A stretch of DNA of 47,536 bases from Eubacteriales bacterium (GTDB lineage Bacteria > Bacillota > Clostridia > Oscillospirales > CAG-272), in assembly GCA_045543375.1 (NCBI GenBank), contig JAZQMI010000040.1, forward strand, positions 1-47,536, written 5' to 3'. Positions within the stretch are counted from its first letter, which is position 1. Each line of letters begins with the position of its first letter. A program made the translations under genes and the position numbers. Below are positions 1 through 8,992 of this stretch, piece after piece. Below the pieces are notes generated by a model. The model had not been told where the DNA came from. It ran no database searches and worked only from the letters and a program-made list of their open reading frames with translations.

Positions 1-116
1 ACTGCATCATGGTGCTGGACCACGGCCATATCATTGAGCGCGGCACGCACGACGATCTGATTGCGCAGAAGGGCAAATATTATCAGCTCTATACGGGTGC
101 GTTCGAGCTGGAATAA
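1..116 (+). CDS. 3' end of ABC transporter ATP-binding/permease protein (partial)
   Basis: Frame from nt 3 reads [37 protein letters not shown], the typical C-terminus of ABC exporter ATPases. Confidence 0.9.
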   Translation, partial: CIMVLDHGHIIERGTHDDLIAQKGKYYQLYTGAFELE

Positions 117-123
117 TCTGTAA

Positions 124-167
124 CAAAAAATTCCCACAAACCGCAAGTTTGTGGGAATTTTGTTTTT
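124..167. terminator. Bidirectional intrinsic terminator
   Basis: AAAATTCCCACAAAC (127-141) / GTTTGTGGGAATTTT (147-161) inverted repeat flanked by A and T tracts between convergent genes. Confidence 0.85.
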
Positions 168-169
168 AT

Positions 170-1543
170 TTATTCGGGAATGTAGACTTTTTCCACCGTT
201 CCGTCGGGGTTATAGAAAGTCGTTTGAATCTGCTGACCGTTGGCGTCGTACTCAGTCATCTGTACTTTGATGCCGTTTTCGTCATAATCCGTCCACTTCA
301 GTCCGTTCTCGTCGCGTTCGGTATAATTTTTAGGATTTCCGTTTTCATAGTAAGTCGTACCCTTACTGCTGCTTCCATCCTCACTGTATTCACCCGAGGA
401 ACGCATATTTCCGTTGTCGTAATACTCTACTCTCTTGGATTCTTCTCCGTTGGGGTAGAGTTCAAGATAGGTGTTCTTGCTGCCGTCCTCATTCCAGGTC
501 GTAAACTTGACTTGGATTCCGTTTTCGTCAAATTCATCAAGCCAATAGGTGTTTCCATTTTCATAATAGCACGTTCCGCTGATCTGATTTCCGTTTGCGC
601 TGTATTCTCTTACGATATGGATGTTTCCGGACTCGTAGTGGCTCGTAAACTTGACCTGATTTCCGTTTTCGTCAAATTCGTCGATCGCCCAGACGTTTCC
701 GTTTTCATAGTAGGATGTTCTGCCGGCGTTTTTTCCGTTTTTATCGTACTCAACAATCTCTGCAACTGCTCCGGATTCATAGTAGTCCGTAAACTTGATA
801 CAGTTTCCGTTTTCATCGTATTCGTTGATTCTCCGGACGCTTCCATTTTCATAGTACCAGACGAGATTCGTCTGAGTTCCGTTCTCATCGTACTCACAAA
901 CAGTCTTAACGCTTCCGGATTCATAGTATTCTGCACTCTTCGTCAGCGTTCCGTTTACGGTGTATTCAAAAAGGCTTTGGATGTTTCCCGACGCATCGTA
1001 GTACGATTCCTTGATCACATTGTCGTTGGCGTCAAGCTCGGCCACTCTTTCCTTGACACCGTCCTCGTTATAGTAAGCCCAAACCGTTCCTTGCTCGGTG
1101 GACTCCGCCGTAGCGCAGAGATTACCGTTTTCATAGTAGGACACTTCGCTGATCAGCTCTCCGTCTGCGTCGTATTCACTTGCGGTAATAACGTTTCCGT
1201 TTTCATAGTAGCTCGTGCGCTTGATCTGATTGCCGTTTTCGTCATATTCGTGAACAATCTCAATGGTTCCGGATTCGTAGTAATTCTCACATCTGATCAA
1301 CTGCTCGTTTGCAGCATATTCCAATACAGACGCAATATTGCCGTTGTCGTAGTACGTCGTTTCCGTTCTCGGGAAGATTTTGCCGCCTTCAGTGGGATCG
1401 GACGGATTTTCGGGATCCTCGGGGCCTTGGTTGGGCGTGTTAGGATCATCGGGCAGATCGGGGTTCGTGTCCGGCACACCGTCACAAGAGCACATCACGA
1501 CCAAGCAAAGCAGCGTCATCATTACAATAAGAATCTTTTTCAT
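170..1543 (-). CDS. Lipoprotein with ~17 MORN-variant/YwqK-like 24-aa beta-hairpin repeats
   Basis: Lipobox-like signal MKKILIVMMTLLCLVVMCSC, Pro/Asp/Asn linker, then repeated YYENGN...EYDENG units; RBS AAGGAG upstream. Confidence 0.8.
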   Translation of the reverse strand: MKKILIVMMTLLCLVVMCSCDGVPDTNPDLPDDPNTPNQGPEDPENPSDPTEGGKIFPRTETTYYDNGNIASVLEYAANEQLIRCENYYESGTIEIVHEYDENGNQIKRTSYYENGNVITASEYDADGELISEVSYYENGNLCATAESTEQGTVWAYYNEDGVKERVAELDANDNVIKESYYDASGNIQSLFEYTVNGTLTKSAEYYESGSVKTVCEYDENGTQTNLVWYYENGSVRRINEYDENGNCIKFTDYYESGAVAEIVEYDKNGKNAGRTSYYENGNVWAIDEFDENGNQVKFTSHYESGNIHIVREYSANGNQISGTCYYENGNTYWLDEFDENGIQVKFTTWNEDGSKNTYLELYPNGEESKRVEYYDNGNMRSSGEYSEDGSSSKGTTYYENGNPKNYTERDENGLKWTDYDENGIKVQMTEYDANGQQIQTTFYNPDGTVEKVYIPE

Positions 1544-1575
1544 GAGAAAATCTCCTTTTCTTTTCTATCCTTATA

Positions 1576-2595
1576 TTATAATTGCGCAAACACGGAAAGT
1601 CCGTACTCGCACAGCGCGTGGTCCTCCTCGCCCGTGCCGCCCGAGATGCCAAGTCCGCCGACGATGCGGTCACCCACCTTCAAGGGGACGCCGCCGCCAA
1701 AGACGAGCATACCCTCGACGTTCTGAAGTCCGTAGAAGGTCTGTCCCGGCTGAACGAGTTTGGAAAGCTCCATGGTCGACATTTTGACCGAAACGGCGGT
1801 GTACGCCTTTTTGAGCGCCACGTCGTAGCTGACGAGGAATGCGTCGTCCATAACGTGCACGGCAATGGGATTACCCTGTGCGTTGCACACGGCAATGACC
1901 GCCTTTTTGCCCGTGCGAGTTGCCTCGGTCTGAATGGCCTCGATCAGCGCGGTCGCCTTTTTCAGGTCGAGCGTGATGCCGCCCATACGGCGCAACACCT
2001 CGTCAACAACGGCGTCCTGCACGCTTGCGGGAGCGCTTGACATGGGTGAAATCCCTCCATTCTCACGGCGTGCCATCTCGTCGTAATCGGCTCGGCGCGC
2101 CAGCATATACAGATAATCGGACAGACGGTTGAGATACGCCTTGGCCGCTGCGTTGGCCGCGTACTTGCGATCCATGACGGCAAGCTCTCGCTCGGCGCGT
2201 CTTGCCACCGTGCGGGCAACGTCCAGCCTTGCCGACAGCTCGCAGCAGCCGGGCAAAATGAATTTATGCTCGCGCGGGAAGGACGCCTCGACCGCATCGA
2301 TGATGCTCTCAAGGAAAGCCGTTTCCTCGGGCAGCAGCACGTGCGCCTTGTTGCGCGGCTCGGCAATGCCCGCCATGATCTTCATCAGCGCCTCTTGCAC
2401 GCGGTCAAAGTGCTCGACACACTTGACGCTGTCCTGCGTGCGCATGCCCGCGATATAAGCCTTGGCAAGCCCCATGTGCGAGGTCAGCTCGTCGATCGAG
2501 CCGAGTGTCGCAATGCGGTCGTCCGCCTTGGATATTTGCGTTGCGGACATCAGCGTCGTCATGCCGCCGTCTCCGTGTTTGGTGTAGATCTTCAT
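1576..2595 (-). CDS. pduO: ATP:cob(I)alamin adenosyltransferase PduO, two-domain form with C-terminal GlcG/HbpS-like heme-binding domain
   Basis: KIYTKHGDGGMT, GSIDELTS, ARTVARRAER, YLNRLSDYLY motifs; C-terminal ALKKAYTA...FGGGVPL...VGGLGISGG GlcG motifs. Confidence 0.93.
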   Translation of the reverse strand: MKIYTKHGDGGMTTLMSATQISKADDRIATLGSIDELTSHMGLAKAYIAGMRTQDSVKCVEHFDRVQEALMKIMAGIAEPRNKAHVLLPEETAFLESIIDAVEASFPREHKFILPGCCELSARLDVARTVARRAERELAVMDRKYAANAAAKAYLNRLSDYLYMLARRADYDEMARRENGGISPMSSAPASVQDAVVDEVLRRMGGITLDLKKATALIEAIQTEATRTGKKAVIAVCNAQGNPIAVHVMDDAFLVSYDVALKKAYTAVSVKMSTMELSKLVQPGQTFYGLQNVEGMLVFGGGVPLKVGDRIVGGLGISGGTGEEDHALCEYGLSVFAQL

Positions 2596-2644
2596 GAAAT
2601 ACTCCTCGTTGGTAATTTCGTCACTTTCGCTTTCTCAAATGCTG

Positions 2645-2741
2645 CCCTCTCACCCGCTTTGCAGGAGCTCTCCCTCGGGGAGAGCCTATCCCAAGCCTCT
2701 CCCGTGGGAGAGGTGTCGCGCCGCAGGCGGGACGGAGAGGG
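2645..2741. repeat. REP-like composite palindromic element
   Basis: Outer CCCTCTC/GAGAGGG enclosing GCTCTCCC-tcg-GGGAGAGC (2667-2685), CCTCTCCC-gt-GGGAGAGG (2696-2713) and an imperfect GC hairpin. Confidence 0.65.
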
Positions 2742-2783
2742 AAAAATTGCGGAAATCAAGCTTCTTTATGGCGTGATGCCAAA

Positions 2784-3128
2784 TCAATTCTGCTCCTCAA
2801 GCTTAAAAGGAAGCCTTTTGATCACGCGCGCGCTGTTAGCACCTGCATCACGCGCCTGTTCGGATGTTGCGTTCTCATAACGCAGTACCGCCTTGCCACG
2901 CTCCATGCCCTTGATATGCAAGGCAATGGTACTGCCGCACAGCGCGACGCCCGTGCCGAGCACGGATGCCTCGGATGCAGCGGCGGCCAGTACGGTCGCA
3001 TCACCTGCGATGGCCGCGGTGATCTCAAAAAGCACGCCCTCCTCCTCGATACCGGCACAGATCTCGCGAAGAAGCGCCGCATCGGGACGGGCAGTATAGA
3101 TCATAATGGTTGGTTTTTTTGCGATCAT
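2784..3128 (-). CDS. pduH: Diol/glycerol dehydratase reactivase small (beta) subunit
   Basis: GIEEEGV, S.LG.GV and AGANSAR.IK.LPF motifs; 4-nt overlap with the reactivase large subunit. Confidence 0.9.
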   Translation of the reverse strand: MIAKKPTIMIYTARPDAALLREICAGIEEEGVLFEITAAIAGDATVLAAAASEASVLGTGVALCGSTIALHIKGMERGKAVLRYENATSEQARDAGANSARVIKRLPFKLEEQN

Positions 3129-4948
3129 GACCGGCCCTCTCCCAGATAAGAAAGTACCAGACCCGTCGCAACCGCGTTACGTGGTCCCTCCGAGGCGCGC
3201 ACGTTTCCGCGACCGCACACAATGCGGTGCGAGGCAAATTCCTCCATAAGCATCTCGGGGATTTCAAAGTCCTCGGCCGAGCCGCCCAGCAGCACGACGT
3301 TGGGGATTTTCTTCAGATCTCCCGCAGGTGCGACCTGCCGCAACGCGCGCAATGCGTTGACAACAAACACGCGGCGCTTGGCCTCGCGACGTACCTCAAC
3401 GATCTTTTCCATGGGGATATCCTCGTCGATGCGGATCATGCCCTCGGGAGCGAGCAGCACGACGTGGCCGAACAGTCTGGGATCGATCGCGCCGTCAAAG
3501 AACTGCATACCGCCGTTCTCCAGTCGCAAATGGAACAAGCTTTCCACACGCGCCACGGGATACTTTTTGATCTGCTCGGCGGTGTGTCTGGATGCAAGCC
3601 CCAGCTCGGTCTGAATGAGCATGGAAACCAGCTCGCCCGCGCCCGCGCAATGCGTCATGCGCACCGAGCCGTCGCTGTCGATGATGGCCGCGTCGGTCGA
3701 GCCACCGCCCATGTCAAGCACGGCGATAGGGGTTTTGGTACCCGGCGTCGTCAGTGCGCCCAACGCGGCCATAACGGCCTCAACGCCCGCCACGTGAACG
3801 CGGACGCCAAGCTGGGTAGACAGCGTATCTGCGATCTGCTGCATGGGCAACTGGCACGTGCGCACCATAGCGGCAATACCGACCGCCTTTTCCATACAGC
3901 TCTCGCCTGCGATCGCACCCGAAATGGCCACGGGCGCCAGCGTATCGACGGCCAGAAGGTCGGTAATACGAATATCCTCGGCGCGCTCACCGCTCACCGA
4001 CGACATGCTTGTGCGGATACGATCAAGCATCAAGCCGACGTTGGTGTCAGCCTGTCCCTCAATGTTATGCACCTTGCCCGCGTCCTCAAGTGCCTGCATG
4101 ATGCGCACGGCACCCTCGTCGATATCGACCGTTGCGGGACGGTCGGCAAAAAAGGTGATCGAACCTGCCTTGCGCACGTTTTCGTGCACGTTACCGCCCG
4201 GCGTCTTGATGACCACCGCGCTTCTCTTGCCGATCAGCGATTTGGCGATGGGCGTGACCTTGCGCGTCTGCTCGGCGTCAAGCTCAAGCAGCGTGGCGAT
4301 GCCATAGGGGTTGGACAGCATACGCACCGACTGACCCGGCAGCGCCACCTCGATAGCGGCCAGCTTGCCCTCGGGCAGTCGCTCAATATAACGAACCTCG
4401 TCAATGATGGGGATCTTTTTCGTTTTCAATCTGTTTTCTACCAGCACCGCCTCGTCCGCCTGCAAGATAATGCCGCGGATATCCAGCCGCGCGCTTGCGC
4501 GGTTGATACGTTCGGCAACCGTTTCGTAAGTATAGGAGCGCGGTACGGTAACGATGTAGGGAGTATCGGGTCTTGCAGCGTCCAGCGACGAAAGCGCGAT
4601 CAGATAACCGACCGCCTGTCCTGCGCCCGCAGGCGTCGCGGGATTGTGCCCGATCATAGAGGACTCGGTAATGATCGTTTCGGTGATGGTTTCCATGGCC
4701 GTATCACCGATGACGGGGGCAGCTTCATTGATGCGAATGAGCGTCAGCTCGCGCATCTCCCTTCCCGCCGTCTTGAGTGCCATGTCCAGAGCCGTTCTGA
4801 TGCCGTGGACGTTGGCTACCGTTCCCTTCGTTCCCGTGGTAGGAGAGAGTGCGCTGCCGACGAAGCTCACGCGTCCCAGGTCATCCAGCGACCCAAGGCA
4901 CACCTCCGTCGTCGAATTACCGATGTCAACACCGGCAATCAATCTCAA
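3125..4948 (-). CDS. pduG: Diol/glycerol dehydratase reactivase large (alpha) subunit
   Basis: GVDIGNSTTEV, INEAAPVIGD.AMETITETIITES.MIGHNP.TP, LDMGGGSTDA, EGPRNAVATGL; 607 aa. Confidence 0.97.
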   Translation of the reverse strand: MRLIAGVDIGNSTTEVCLGSLDDLGRVSFVGSALSPTTGTKGTVANVHGIRTALDMALKTAGREMRELTLIRINEAAPVIGDTAMETITETIITESSMIGHNPATPAGAGQAVGYLIALSSLDAARPDTPYIVTVPRSYTYETVAERINRASARLDIRGIILQADEAVLVENRLKTKKIPIIDEVRYIERLPEGKLAAIEVALPGQSVRMLSNPYGIATLLELDAEQTRKVTPIAKSLIGKRSAVVIKTPGGNVHENVRKAGSITFFADRPATVDIDEGAVRIMQALEDAGKVHNIEGQADTNVGLMLDRIRTSMSSVSGERAEDIRITDLLAVDTLAPVAISGAIAGESCMEKAVGIAAMVRTCQLPMQQIADTLSTQLGVRVHVAGVEAVMAALGALTTPGTKTPIAVLDMGGGSTDAAIIDSDGSVRMTHCAGAGELVSMLIQTELGLASRHTAEQIKKYPVARVESLFHLRLENGGMQFFDGAIDPRLFGHVVLLAPEGMIRIDEDIPMEKIVEVRREAKRRVFVVNALRALRQVAPAGDLKKIPNVVLLGGSAEDFEIPEMLMEEFASHRIVCGRGNVRASEGPRNAVATGLVLSYLGEGRS

Positions 4949-5337
4949 AGCAATATTCCTCTCTTTTCATAGACCTCTGCCGCCTCCAGCACGAGCTTCG
5001 CGCAGGTCTTGGCATGGTATTTGTTGGACAACTCGCTCGCCATTTCCAAAAGCTGTGCCTTGGTGGCACGGTTGGGACGAAGCATGTTGTACATTTGCAG
5101 TATAACCTCGTCGGGTACATCGACCAGCTCTGCCGCGCGCTCAAAGTTGCGCGCCATAGGCTCGCTGTCGGCCTCCTTGGCGACCTGACCCTGACGGCGC
5201 AGCATGTCCTTGGATATTTTGATATCCTCGGCAGTGATGTCACCGCGCTTGACAGCATCCAACGTGATGTCATCCAGCTTTTTGCCCGTTTTGGAGGCAA
5301 TTCTATCTCTTTCGTTTTCACCCAAAGGGTATTTCAT
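4945..5337 (-). CDS. pduE: B12-dependent diol/glycerol dehydratase small (gamma) subunit
   Basis: YPLGE, TGKKLDDITL, NFERAAEL, YNMLRP.R.TK, EAAEVY motifs; no N-terminal extension. Confidence 0.95.
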   Translation of the reverse strand: MKYPLGENERDRIASKTGKKLDDITLDAVKRGDITAEDIKISKDMLRRQGQVAKEADSEPMARNFERAAELVDVPDEVILQMYNMLRPNRATKAQLLEMASELSNKYHAKTCAKLVLEAAEVYEKRGILL

Positions 5338-5368
5338 AGCAATCGTTTCCTTTCAAAGGACGGTCGGT

Positions 5369-6496
5369 TCAGCGATCCGTCCAGGCGATGATGGGATAGT
5401 TCGGATCGACCTGCTCGGTTTCGGCAATGTGCATGATAGCGGCCTTGACCTGATACTTGGCGCGGCACATGGGATCATTAACCGACAGAATGGGCGTTAC
5501 CTGCTCGCCCTTGGCATACTTGGCAGCGTTCTGACCGATCTTGCGGTAGGTTTCCAGCGTCATCAGGGGTGCCTGGGGGAACAGCTCCAGATTGGAGAGC
5601 GGATACAGATCCTTCTGGTGAATGACCGCCGTACCCTTGGACTGAAGTCCGATACCGATGCCCGATCCCGAAATCTTTGCGGCCTCAAGACCCATGAAGC
5701 AAACGTCGCTCGTCTTGAGCACCTTGACCACGCGGGGCGTCATGCCCTCCTCCTCGATGCCGGCCTTGACCTCGCGGATGACCTCATCCAGCGGAATACC
5801 GCAAATGGTAGCTCTGATCTCCTTCTGGAAACCGGGGCCTACGCCAATGACGACCTCCTTGGGGTCCGTTCCCTTTTCGGCAACGGGATAGCCCTTGTAA
5901 GACGTCTTATGCTCGTTGATACGCTCTCTGCCCGCCATGGACGCAGGACGCGCGCACGTAGCAGTCGGGCAAGCCGCGCTCTGCTCACGGGCGGTAGCAG
6001 CGCTTGCCATCTCACGTGCAGGCTGGGCACGCAGTGCGCTGAGCACCTTTTCAATGGCCTCCTCGGGGACGACGCCCTCAAGCTGTGCAGCCTCCTTGAT
6101 GACGGCCTCGGAGATCTTTTTGCAGATCTCATCCTCCAGCTCGACGCCGCGGTTGGTAAACAGTGCGCTCTGCGAGGACATGGGTCTGATCTCTCTTACG
6201 CTCTCGCCCTGCAATGCGCCGATGACCTTTTGCAGCATTTCCTCGGGATCGACCCCGTCAAGCTGCTCGGCCTCCTTGACAACTGCTACGGCGATCTTGC
6301 GCACGATCTCTTCGTTGATGGCCACACCGCGATGGCCCATCAGCTTTTGCGTGGTGCACTCGCGGCGAGGCTCAGCCCCCTCCAGATAGCCCACGACCGA
6401 ATTCAGCATTTCCTCGGGACGGATGCCGTCAAGCTGTGCCGATTCGGCAATGACGGCCTCGGTAATTTTTCTGCGTATATCTTCATTCAGTTGCAT
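5369..6496 (-). CDS. pduD: B12-dependent diol/glycerol dehydratase medium (beta) subunit with long, triplicated N-terminal extension
   Basis: C-terminal half has EVVIGVGP, AGIEEEG, SGSGIGIGLQSKGTAVIHQKDL.PLSNLELFPQAPL; N-terminal ~200 aa extra. Confidence 0.93.
   Translation of the reverse strand: MQLNEDIRRKITEAVIAESAQLDGIRPEEMLNSVVGYLEGAEPRRECTTQKLMGHRGVAINEEIVRKIAVAVVKEAEQLDGVDPEEMLQKVIGALQGESVREIRPMSSQSALFTNRGVELEDEICKKISEAVIKEAAQLEGVVPEEAIEKVLSALRAQPAREMASAATAREQSAACPTATCARPASMAGRERINEHKTSYKGYPVAEKGTDPKEVVIGVGPGFQKEIRATICGIPLDEVIREVKAGIEEEGMTPRVVKVLKTSDVCFMGLEAAKISGSGIGIGLQSKGTAVIHQKDLYPLSNLELFPQAPLMTLETYRKIGQNAAKYAKGEQVTPILSVNDPMCRAKYQVKAAIMHIAETEQVDPNYPIIAWTDR
6026..6496 (-). repeat. 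Three ~40-aa tandem repeats (period 57-60 aa) at the N-terminus of the medium subunit
   Basis: LNEDIRRKITEAVIAESAQLDGIRPEEML / INEEIVRKIAVAVVKEAEQLDGVDPEEML / LEDEICKKISEAVIKEAAQLEGVVPEEAI; DNA repeat TCCTCGGG...TCAAGCTG near 6060, 6240, 6411. Confidence 0.9.
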
Positions 6497-6517
6497 GATG
6501 TTGTCCTCCGTAATGGA

Positions 6518-8182
6518 TTAAAGATTTTGCGGATCGATCTGATGGGGGATATCCTTGATCTCCTCCCAACGCTCGCCATCAAGGCGATAGCCCGTACCGG
6601 GACCCATATAAGTGTTAGGCGTATTGACTGCGCTGAGCACGCGGAAATCCTTGTCAAGGATAGCCGAGGTCTGCATGTAGTCGCCGATGACGCGCTGCTT
6701 GAGCATGCTCAGGATGCGCTCTGCCACGTCCTCGTGGCCCGTTTCCGCCAACGCGCGGCAGACGTCAATGCCCGTAATGCCTCGCTTGAGCATATCCTCG
6801 CAAGCGATCAGATCGGCAGGCACGTCGCGGTCGAGCGTATCGCGCGAGCCGTGGGCGTACACGACCGCCTCGACCTGCTCGTCCGTGATCTCGGTCAGAC
6901 CAAGATACCGGAATACCGACTGCACCGCCTTGGCTGCCTTGCGGCGGACGGCCAGCACGTCCTCCTCGCGAACGGGGCGTAAGCCGCCGTCCACCTGCAA
7001 ATCGCGCTGCAGCACGTTGTAATCGTCAAAGTCCTCGGCATCGAAGTTGGAGCCGGCGAACATGTTATCGTAGTTGGGCTCGGCCGCATAGCCCGAGAAA
7101 ATGAAGTCGGTACCGGGCATCAACTCAAGCAGCGTGCGCGCTGCGCGACGCATGGGCGAGTTGGAAAAGCTCTGGTCGTTACCCGACGCACATTCAAGAC
7201 CCAGCAGCGTGGCAGCCAGATTCTCACCCAGCACCTCGCGAATGCCCGACGGCACAGATGCCGGCACGGCGATACAACTGATGGCACCGTTTTGCGTGCC
7301 CTGCGCGCCCGCGCCCTTGGTCACGTACAAGCAGCGGCACTCCAGATACAGCATCGATTTCTTTTCGCTGTAACCCATAAGCACCTCCGAGCCCGCGCCC
7401 GATGTGAAGCGCACCTTGAGGCCGCGCGAGGCGTAAGCGGAGTTCAAAAATGCTTTGGAATAGGGCGTATCGTCGCCGTCGACGAACACCTTTTCAGTAC
7501 CGTAGACCGAAACGGTTTCCGCGTAAGTCGTCAAGCCGCGGATACCGAGATCAAGCTCGGTCGCCTCCTCGGACGAGCACTGGGTCAGCACGCCGGGGCG
7601 TCCGACCTGCGAGCCGATCAGAATCGCCATGGCCGAGAACGGCGCGTAACGGGCGATACCCATGGTCGTTTCCTCCTCGGCAAAGCCGCGGAGCGCGCCC
7701 TCTGCCGCATCGGCAGCGAGCTGGACGGGATCATCTTTTAAGTTGGTGATATGCGCCTGATTGGAGGGCTTGAGTCTTGCACGCATTTTCTGCATGCCCA
7801 TCATCAGCTCGACCACGTTGAGATAGCCGATGACCTCGGTCATCTTGGCGGGCGTGATGCCCGAACAGATCTTGAGGATCTCCTTTCTCGGCACGTGAAT
7901 ATCGACGATCTTGCGCGCGATCTCGAGCGAGGGCACCGACATGGACACGGGTGCACGCTGGAGATTGATGGCGTAATCGGCGATGAAGGTATCAATGAAA
8001 TCAAACTCGGCGCGCTTTTTGCCGTCCAGCTCGACCACCTTGCCGCCCACGATCTTGATCGAGGGGGTGGGATCATAGGGGCTGTGCATGGCGACAAAGC
8101 CCATCTCGGGCCATTCACCGATGTAGCCGTCCAGATTGACCGGACGAGCATCCAGCGCTTGGAATCTCTTGGATCGTTTCAT
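6518..8182 (-). CDS. pduC: B12-dependent diol/glycerol dehydratase large (alpha) subunit
   Basis: MKRSKRF...RPVN.DG, VELMM.MQKMRAR, YAET.SVYGTE.VF.DGDDTP, YDNMFAGSNFDAEDFDDYN; 554 aa. Confidence 0.97.
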   Translation of the reverse strand: MKRSKRFQALDARPVNLDGYIGEWPEMGFVAMHSPYDPTPSIKIVGGKVVELDGKKRAEFDFIDTFIADYAINLQRAPVSMSVPSLEIARKIVDIHVPRKEILKICSGITPAKMTEVIGYLNVVELMMGMQKMRARLKPSNQAHITNLKDDPVQLAADAAEGALRGFAEEETTMGIARYAPFSAMAILIGSQVGRPGVLTQCSSEEATELDLGIRGLTTYAETVSVYGTEKVFVDGDDTPYSKAFLNSAYASRGLKVRFTSGAGSEVLMGYSEKKSMLYLECRCLYVTKGAGAQGTQNGAISCIAVPASVPSGIREVLGENLAATLLGLECASGNDQSFSNSPMRRAARTLLELMPGTDFIFSGYAAEPNYDNMFAGSNFDAEDFDDYNVLQRDLQVDGGLRPVREEDVLAVRRKAAKAVQSVFRYLGLTEITDEQVEAVVYAHGSRDTLDRDVPADLIACEDMLKRGITGIDVCRALAETGHEDVAERILSMLKQRVIGDYMQTSAILDKDFRVLSAVNTPNTYMGPGTGYRLDGERWEEIKDIPHQIDPQNL

Positions 8183-8251
8183 ATCGCATTCCTTTCAAAA
8201 GGGCGTTGGGTACAGCGCACATTGCGCGAGTATCTATATTTAGTCTTATAT

Positions 8252-8280
8252 ATTATACTACATTTCTTGTCAAAAGTCAA
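8252..8280 (-). promoter_or_regulatory. Sigma-A promoter of dehydratase operon
   Basis: Minus strand TTGACT-N17-TATAAT. Confidence 0.75.
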
Positions 8281-8406
8281 TGCGTCGCGCATGAAAAAGT
8301 GCCCCAAAAACGTCATTTTGCTCCACGATTCATATACCTTGGTGCTTTCGCATATCATTTTAGGCAAATCACTCTATTTTTTATTAACGTGAAAGGAGTT
8401 GCCGCC

Positions 8407-8961
8407 ATGTCCGACCGCCGCGCTCTCACCCACCTGCCCGTCCTGCTTCTCTGCCTTGCCATCTGCCTTTTGGCAAGCTCTTGTGCGTCCCGCAATACAA
8501 CCACGGCGCTATCTCTGCTGCTCGACACGCTGGGCTCGCAAGCTACTCTGCCCGCGGGTGATATCTACCTCTTACCCAACTCGCCCTCGTTGCGTGCGCT
8601 CAAGACGACCGACACGCAGGGGCAGTCCGTTCGCGTAGCCGACACCGCGCTGCTGTCCGCTGCGTTCGGTGATGGCGGCGGCACGAGCGTGCCGAGCGTG
8701 CTGGAGAGCAGCGTCGACGACGGTGCCATGCACTTTGCTACCGCCGCCTCGCCATTTGAGATCATCGTGCTGCATTGCGTCAGCCGCGCCGACGCAGACA
8801 AGGTGGCAGCGCTGCTGCACGAACGGTTGGACATTTTGCGCCGCGAATATCCCGACGATGACAGCACGCTTGACCGTGCCGAGGTGGTCGTCATCGGTAA
8901 ATACGCCGTGCTGCTTGTGTGTAAGGACACCAAGACCGCCCTGCACGCTGTACATCAATAA
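8407..8961 (+). CDS. DUF4358-like lipoprotein
   Basis: ATG 8407 after GAAAGGAG; lipobox LASSC; EI.V..C, L..R.D and GKYAVL.V pattern. Confidence 0.65.
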   Translation: MSDRRALTHLPVLLLCLAICLLASSCASRNTTTALSLLLDTLGSQATLPAGDIYLLPNSPSLRALKTTDTQGQSVRVADTALLSAAFGDGGGTSVPSVLESSVDDGAMHFATAASPFEIIVLHCVSRADADKVAALLHERLDILRREYPDDDSTLDRAEVVVIGKYAVLLVCKDTKTALHAVHQ

Positions 8962-8992
8962 GTTTTACACCATAAAAATATTGCATTTCCTC

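Noticed and set aside
149-1726. 525-aa hydrophobic plus-strand ORF
   Set aside because: Antisense shadow of the repeat lipoprotein; its periodicity mirrors those repeats and it starts inside a terminator with no RBS
3227-6982. Long plus-strand ORFs (581 and 592 aa)
   Set aside because: Antisense to clearly identified dehydratase genes; expected from GC-rich codon bias
8183-8260. Cobalamin riboswitch upstream of the dehydratase
   Set aside because: Leader is only about 60 nt and lacks B12-box motifs
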